This document shows positions 1 through 4,019 of a DNA stretch of 5,393 nucleotides, piece by piece. The position numbers and the translations under genes are program-made. The notes under the pieces were generated by a model. The model did not search any database. It was given only the letters and a program-made list of their open reading frames with translations, and had not been told where the DNA came from. Each line of letters starts with the position of its first letter. Positions within the stretch are counted from its first letter, which is position 1. The stretch is from an archaeon. GTDB lineage: Archaea; Iainarchaeota; Iainarchaeia; Iainarchaeales; CSSED10-239. Where the stretch lies: NCBI GenBank assembly GCA_037147375.1, contig JBAWVI010000064.1, positions 1 to 5,393 of the forward strand, read 5' to 3'.

Positions 1-3000
1 CAATACATTCAGAATACTTGTTTACTATTAAACTTAAATCAAGTTCTGATGCAAATTCTTCAACACCATTAACGTTTGCTCTTCTACTTGAAAAAGTAAC
101 TATAGGTTCAGATAAACCAGTTGATAACTTACCAGATTTAAATATAACTTTAATAACTTCTTCTTTATTTGCAACCATTGTATTTAATATTAATGTTTTA
201 TTATTAGGTTCAAGTATATAGTTTTTTGTTCCAACTTGTAATGAAACAACTCCAATTTCTTTTGAATTACCATAATCAATTTCTGCAAATATGTTTCCAA
301 GGTTAGCTGGTTCAGCAGATACAGTACATGTATTCTTAATCTTCATGCTTGCTTCTGTTGAAACATTTCCTTCTCCTCTAAGCTCTAGGCTTGCAGGAGT
401 TAATTGTAAACAATCAAGAGTATCAAGTGAGTTACCAAATCCAATTCTTACATCAACTGGAATCTTAGTTGTCCATTCTCTTTTTGTTTCAATATTTTCA
501 AGTGTAATAATTAAATCTGTTGAGAAAGTCTTTGCTGTCATTAAGTTAACTCCTTCATCAGTTACACTTGTTTTTAATGCATACTCAACACTTGATTGAC
601 TATCTAATATTTTATCTTCACCAATTAATTGCAATTTCACATACTTATTTTCTTTATTATACTTAACAGATGTGATTGCAAGTGGAAGTGTTGTATTATT
701 TACTAATACTATGTTTGATGTGGTTGTGTATTCAGTTGATAAATCTAAATATACAGAAACCTTTTCAGGTATTGTAGATATTAAGTTTGAACTAACTGTC
801 ATTGTTGTATCTATGTTTTTGTATCCTTCTTTTGTAATTAAAATTTGGATTACATCTCCTAAATCAGGAGCAGGAAGAACAAATCCATATTCTCCTTTAA
901 GGTTTGTTTGTCCAGTTACAATAACTTGCTTATTTATTTTCACAGTGATATCTGCTTTAGGTATTGCTTTATTATTATCATCTGTTAAAACCATGATTAT
1001 ATCATTTGGTACAAATGGAGTAATTGTTTGTGGTGCAATTTCAAAATTAATATTGTTTGATGGTTTAATATCCATAATAATTGATTTTGCAAATACTGTT
1101 TCGCTTGCAGATAATAAATTAAAATTTAAAACATCTGAATTATCATTTGTTATTGCAAATGAAATAACTCCGCTAATGTAATCATTAGCACCAATTGTTC
1201 CAAGCTCGATAGCATCAAGTTCTTTTCCAGTTAATAATCTTGATCCAACTCCTTCAATTGAATAATCCTTAAGTAAGATTGTGTTTCCATTTCCTGTTAC
1301 ATTAAGTGTAGCACCAGTAACTGGTCTTAAGAAATTAAGATTAAAATAAAGCTTATGAGCTGTATTTGATTTTGGACTATATTTATCAATAACATTCTTA
1401 GTAATCTTAGTTGATTCATTATACATATAGAAATTATAACATACTGTTGAATCACAAAAATTTGATTGACCAGTAAACACTTGTGCTTCTTTTGTGTATG
1501 CGTACAATGATTGCTTTGTTCCTGATGTACTGCTTTGTCCAAGTACTTCATCTTGTGGATATCTTAAAATATTTCCACCAGTATAATATTCAGCTCTGTA
1601 ATAAACAGGAACTGCAGTTGTTACTTGATCAGAAATTACAAGTGTTGCTTCAACTAAATAACTTCCAACCATAGGAGAATCAATAGTTACATTAAACCAT
1701 TTAGCATCTCTTGTTGTTTTGCTTGATAAATCAATTCCTTCTCCAAGACAAGGAGTGTATGAAACTGAACCTGAAATTTTACTTGTTCCAGCATTAATTT
1801 CCTTAATATAAACATCATCTTCTTCAAGTAAACGTGTTATTCCATCACATTTATTTCCAGCACCAGTTCTTATGTGTGCAACTGCTTTAGAATATGCCTT
1901 ATTTACATTTAATACAAATCTAGCTTTAACTGATTGACCTGGAGAAACAGATGTTACTTGATTTCCAGATGCATCATATAATCCAAGATATTCAATATTT
2001 GATGAGTTTGATACCTTTGGTAAAGTGAAATTTAATTTTAATGTATTGTTTGCTTCTTGTGAATATTTACCAGTAATAAACTTACTATCATAATTATTAA
2101 TAACAAAATAAACAACCTTATCAGCTCTAATTCTTATGATTGTAGAACCGTCAACACCAGTTGTTGTTCTTTTATTTTCAATTTCAGAATTATTATAAAG
2201 ATCATAAACTGCAATTTGTGTTGAAATTGGACTTGTTCCATCAGTTACTGTGATATTATATGTAACTTCTCCAATATCCATTCTTACTTGTATTTCAGTT
2301 AGTTCTCTTTCAACAATCATAAATGGACTTGAGGGTGTTGAAACATATTTACCTGAAACAGCATCAACCTTATATGTTTTTTCAGGATCTAAATTTGGAA
2401 TTATTACTTTACCAAATACATCTGTTATTCCTTCTTTAACAACTGTATTTGATTCCATATCCCATAATCTTACTGAAGCATATTCAACTGGTTGAACTTC
2501 TTTATCAACAACTGAAATCATTACTCCTCTAAATGTTTCTTGAGTAATTCTTTTTAATTTAATTGTTTGCACTGCATCATTCTTTCTAATTCCTACTTGT
2601 GTTTTAACAGTATAGTCTGAGTTATCAAAATTAATTGTGTACCCAATATCTTCTCTTATTCCAAAGTTAACAAAACCATCTGCATCTGTTTTAAAATTAG
2701 ATAATTTTACGTCTCCCTTGAATAAAGAAACTTCTACGTTTTCAATTGCAAGATTTGTTTCTAAATCTACAACTTTTAATTTAATTGTACCAATAATATC
2801 TTTTTTAATTTTAATTGCAGGAATAATATTTATTCCTTCAACTTCAACATCAACTTTGATTCCATCAGCTGGAATTATACCAGAATAAATTCCACTTGGA
2901 TCTCTAACGTTTACTGAATAAGTTCCAAGTTGAATTGCAGATAAATTAGCAATTCCATTTGCACTTGTTGTTCCTTCTCCAGCTAAGAATCCACTTCCGT

Positions 3001-3820
3001 TATATAAACTAACAACAACACCAGATACTGGTGTGCTAAGTTCATCATCAATAATTGAGATAGTAACGTCTCCTCTAGTTGCATCTCCTGCGGCTTCTAA
3101 ATAAATTTCTCCAGTTCTATTAAGATTATTAATTGTTAAATCTTTTTCTTCTACTGCACTTTGATTTGCAAGATTAACTTGTAATTCACCACAATCAGAA
3201 GGAACATTATCAAGTGTGTAGCTTCCATCTGTTACAATAAATGAATCTTTTTTATAAATAGAATTATTTGAACAAGTTATTGATTCAATTGCAATTGGTG
3301 TTAAGATTTGTTCACCAGTTACTTTGCTTTTGAAATAAATTGTTTTTGAATAAGCTGCAACTTTTTCAGATAAATAAATTGTAAATGATTTATCTGTGCT
3401 TGTTGGAGTTATTTCATTTGGAGTATCAATTAAATACTTTGATCCAATTAATGAAATTGAATAAAGACCATCTTCCATTCCTTTAATTCTAGCAACTCCT
3501 GAAGAATCAGTTGTTATTGATTTAATTGTTCCTGATAAATTAATATCAAGACTTTGATTAGAGATTACATTTTCTGAAGGATCCATGAAAGTTAAAATTA
3601 TGTCACTACTTGAAGCAGGATTAGTAAATTGTCCAGCAATAATTATTCCAAGCAAAACTAAAATAGCAAGAACAATTAGCAAGAATATAGCAAATGTTGG
3701 AATTCCACGTTTTTCAAGTGGGTCAACAATTTTGTATAAATTAATTCCCTTTTTCTCCATACGATCTAAGAAGTTAAAATATTTATCTTCTTGTTTATGA
3801 TAAAAAGACTTTAAACTCAT
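1..3820 (-). CDS. Giant cell-surface protein, N-terminally membrane-anchored, with repeated carboxypeptidase-regulatory-like/PEGA-like beta-sandwich modules. The 5' end is complete and the 3' end is off-window (more than 1273 aa).
   Basis: Hand-verified. Reading + strand triplets in register (positions = 2 mod 3) from 2 to 3826, there is no tta/cta/tca (reverse-complement stops). The first in-frame upstream stop is tca (TGA) at 3827..3829. The ATG is cat at 3818..3820. This gives 1273 sense codons plus 1 nt to the left edge. The protein starts MSLKSFYHKQEDKYFNFLDRMEKKGINLYKIVDPLEKRGIPTFAIFLLIVLAILVLLGIIIAGQFTNPASS and reads ...DLSLIVNKYSECI at the window edge. Codon bias is uniform over all 3.8 kb (A/T-ending; AGA Arg, TTA Leu, GGA Gly, ACA Thr, TCA Ser), and the translation contains repeated domain-like modules. 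It is not in the supplied ORF track, presumably because no stop lies inside the window. Confidence 0.88.
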   Translation of the reverse strand, partial: MSLKSFYHKQEDKYFNFLDRMEKKGINLYKIVDPLEKRGIPTFAIFLLIVLAILVLLGIIIAGQFTNPASSSDIILTFMDPSENVISNQSLDINLSGTIKSITTDSSGVARIKGMEDGLYSISLIGSKYLIDTPNEITPTSTDKSFTIYLSEKVAAYSKTIYFKSKVTGEQILTPIAIESITCSNNSIYKKDSFIVTDGSYTLDNVPSDCGELQVNLANQSAVEEKDLTINNLNRTGEIYLEAAGDATRGDVTISIIDDELSTPVSGVVVSLYNGSGFLAGEGTTSANGIANLSAIQLGTYSVNVRDPSGIYSGIIPADGIKVDVEVEGINIIPAIKIKKDIIGTIKLKVVDLETNLAIENVEVSLFKGDVKLSNFKTDADGFVNFGIREDIGYTINFDNSDYTVKTQVGIRKNDAVQTIKLKRITQETFRGVMISVVDKEVQPVEYASVRLWDMESNTVVKEGITDVFGKVIIPNLDPEKTYKVDAVSGKYVSTPSSPFMIVERELTEIQVRMDIGEVTYNITVTDGTSPISTQIAVYDLYNNSEIENKRTTTGVDGSTIIRIRADKVVYFVINNYDSKFITGKYSQEANNTLKLNFTLPKVSNSSNIEYLGLYDASGNQVTSVSPGQSVKARFVLNVNKAYSKAVAHIRTGAGNKCDGITRLLEEDDVYIKEINAGTSKISGSVSYTPCLGEGIDLSSKTTRDAKWFNVTIDSPMVGSYLVEATLVISDQVTTAVPVYYRAEYYTGGNILRYPQDEVLGQSSTSGTKQSLYAYTKEAQVFTGQSNFCDSTVCYNFYMYNESTKITKNVIDKYSPKSNTAHKLYFNLNFLRPVTGATLNVTGNGNTILLKDYSIEGVGSRLLTGKELDAIELGTIGANDYISGVISFAITNDNSDVLNFNLLSASETVFAKSIIMDIKPSNNINFEIAPQTITPFVPNDIIMVLTDDNNKAIPKADITVKINKQVIVTGQTNLKGEYGFVLPAPDLGDVIQILITKEGYKNIDTTMTVSSNLISTIPEKVSVYLDLSTEYTTTSNIVLVNNTTLPLAITSVKYNKENKYVKLQLIGEDKILDSQSSVEYALKTSVTDEGVNLMTAKTFSTDLIITLENIETKREWTTKIPVDVRIGFGNSLDTLDCLQLTPASLELRGEGNVSTEASMKIKNTCTVSAEPANLGNIFAEIDYGNSKEIGVVSLQVGTKNYILEPNNKTLILNTMVANKEEVIKVIFKSGKLSTGLSEPIVTFSSRRANVNGVEEFASELDLSLIVNKYSECI
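794..1003 (-). other. Isolated PEGA/CarboxypepD_reg-like module of gene A (aa 940-1009)
   Basis: The sequence is DIIMVLTDDNNKAIPKADITVKINKQVIVTGQTNLKGEYGFVLPAPDLGDVIQILITKEGYKNIDTTMTV. The ending 'I-x-I-T-K-E-G-Y-K-x-x-x-x-x-x-T-V' is typical of PEGA-type modules. Motif recognition only. Confidence 0.5.
2552..2566 (-). repeat. Exact 15-nt coding repeat ACAATTAAATTAAAA (TIKLK), copy 2
   Basis: The + strand ttttaatttaattgt at 2552..2566 lies 222 nt (74 codons) from copy 1. It encodes residues 419-423, just before the next module. Confidence 0.9.
2774..2788 (-). repeat. Exact 15-nt coding repeat ACAATTAAATTAAAA (TIKLK), copy 1
   Basis: The + strand ttttaatttaattgt at 2774..2788 is identical to 2552..2566. 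It encodes residues 345-349 at the start of a beta-sandwich module. Confidence 0.9.
3632..3700 (-). other. Single transmembrane segment (signal-anchor) of gene A, residues 41-63 PTFAIFLLIVLAILVLLGIIIAG
   Basis: This is the only long uninterrupted hydrophobic stretch in the 1273 translated residues. It is preceded by a charged 40-aa segment ending in EKRG, consistent with positive-inside, N-in/C-out topology. It is followed by Ser/Thr/Asn-rich sequence. Confidence 0.7.
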
Positions 3821-3831
3821 ATCCCTTCATA

Positions 3832-3837
3832 TCCTCT
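3832..3837 (-). promoter_or_regulatory. Possible ribosome-binding site AGAGGA for gene A
   Basis: The + strand tcctct at 3832..3837 is AGAGGA on the coding strand. The GAGG core lies about 12 nt upstream of the ATG, which is slightly long spacing. A second purine patch AAGGG (3823..3827) lies too close to the ATG. Confidence 0.3.
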
Positions 3838-3851
3838 AATATAGGTTATAT

Positions 3852-3885
3852 TATATATATATAAGATAATGATTATATTTATAAA
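3852..3885 (-). promoter_or_regulatory. Candidate promoter core for gene A: TTTATAAATA (3885..3876, -65 from ATG) and CTTATATATATATAA with (TA)6 (3863..3852, -43..-32)
   Basis: The minus-strand sequence upstream of the ATG reads AACTTTATAAATATAATCATTATCTTATATATATATAATATAACCTATATTAGAGGATATGAAGGGATATG. Both elements resemble an archaeal TATA box (TTTAWATA) and also contain bacterial -10-like TATAAT. In DNA this AT-rich such matches are expected by chance, and no transcription start site can be placed. Confidence 0.3.
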
Positions 3886-3919
3886 GTTAATCTTTAGTGA
3901 ACTAATTAAAAGGCTAACC

Positions 3920-3933
3920 ATATATTAATATAT
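3920..3933. repeat. Perfect 14-bp palindrome ATATATTAATATAT
   Basis: Read directly; the sequence is its own reverse complement. It lies in the intergenic spacer, centred about 106 bp upstream of the gene A ATG. Confidence 0.9.
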
Positions 3934-3938
3934 TGTTC

Positions 3939-3958
3939 ATATATCTTTATATATCTTT
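3939..3958. repeat. Perfect tandem duplication of a 10-mer: atatatcttt atatatcttt
   Basis: Read directly: 3939..3948 and 3949..3958 are identical. On the gene strand this is AAAGATATAT x2, i.e. two adjacent TATA-like elements about -120 to -138 from the gene A ATG. Confidence 0.9.
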
Positions 3959-3973
3959 TTATTACAGTTAAGG

Positions 3974-3988
3974 AGTTAATTATTAACT
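3974..3988. repeat. Inverted repeat AGTTAAT-t-ATTAACT (7-bp arms, 1-nt spacer)
   Basis: Read directly. The heptamer AGTTAAT also occurs at 3885..3891. This could be a weak hairpin in the gene B 3' UTR or a dyad binding site. Confidence 0.85.
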
Positions 3989-4006
3989 TCTTTAAATATT
4001 TTCAAT

Positions 4007-4011
4007 AAAAA
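4007..4011 (-). terminator. Oligo-T (T5) tract 9 nt after the gene B stop codon; possible archaeal-type termination signal
   Basis: The minus strand after the stop reads TAA AATCATAG TTTTT ATTGAAAATATTTAAAGAAGTTAATAATTAACTCC. A weak AT-rich inverted repeat follows at 3974..3988. T5 runs are common in AT-rich DNA, so this is weak evidence. Confidence 0.2.
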
Positions 4012-4019
4012 CTATGATT

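Larger units (their letters stand above)
2078..3601 (-). other. Array of six ~60-75 aa CarboxypepD_reg-like (prealbumin-fold) modules within gene A
   Basis: Modules lie at aa 74-135 (nt 3416..3601), 160-217 (3170..3343), 250-312 (2885..3073), 344-403 (2612..2791), 430-494 (2339..2533) and 517-581 (2078..2272). One example is GDVTISIIDDELSTPVSGVVVSLYNGSGFLAGEGTTSANGIANLSAIQLGTYSVNVRDPSG. Another is GTIKLKVVDLETNLAIENVEVSLFKGDVKLSNFKTDADGFVNFGIREDIGYTINF. Assignment is by motif recognition only; no HMM search was run. Confidence 0.6.

Noticed and set aside
1327-1551. 74-aa minus-strand ORF from the track
   Set aside because: It is nested out of frame inside gene A, and its translation is low-complexity (Ile/Leu/Gln/Asn-rich). 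There is no independent support.
2377-3253. Homopolymer A6 tracts in the gene A coding strand (+ strand T6 at 2377..2382, 2801..2806, 3248..3253) as slipped-strand phase-variation switches
   Set aside because: Six-base runs are short for slippage-based switching. They are simply Lys-Lys or Glu-Lys-Thr codons in an AT-rich gene.
18-3800. Seven + strand ORFs from the track (18..221, 291..599, 672..1181, 1483..1674, 2250..2495, 2637..2888, 3585..3800)
   Set aside because: All lie antisense to the verified 3.8-kb minus-strand frame. Their translations are Phe/Ile/Leu/Val/Ser-rich low-complexity strings, as expected from reading A-rich codons backwards. Several start at TTG/GTG, and none has a convincing RBS. 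They are shadow ORFs.
3795-3830. 11-codon upstream ORF (ATG at 3830..3828, MKGYEFKVFLS, stop 3797..3795) that overlaps the gene A start out of frame and sits 1 nt after GAGGA
   Set aside because: It is too short and the SD spacing is too tight. ATGs are frequent by chance in this composition. There is no evidence of function without conservation or ribosome profiling.
3939-3958. Tandem 10-mer considered as a CRISPR or minisatellite array
   Set aside because: There are only two units with no spacers, and the unit is far shorter than a CRISPR repeat. It is kept only as a small promoter-region duplication.
3970-3975. Strong SD-like AAGGAG on the + strand in the spacer
   Set aside because: No meaningful + strand ORF follows. 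The nearest ATG (4014..4016) is 38 nt away and opens only an 11-codon frame that ends at a TGA. The hexamer is more likely part of the inverted-repeat region.
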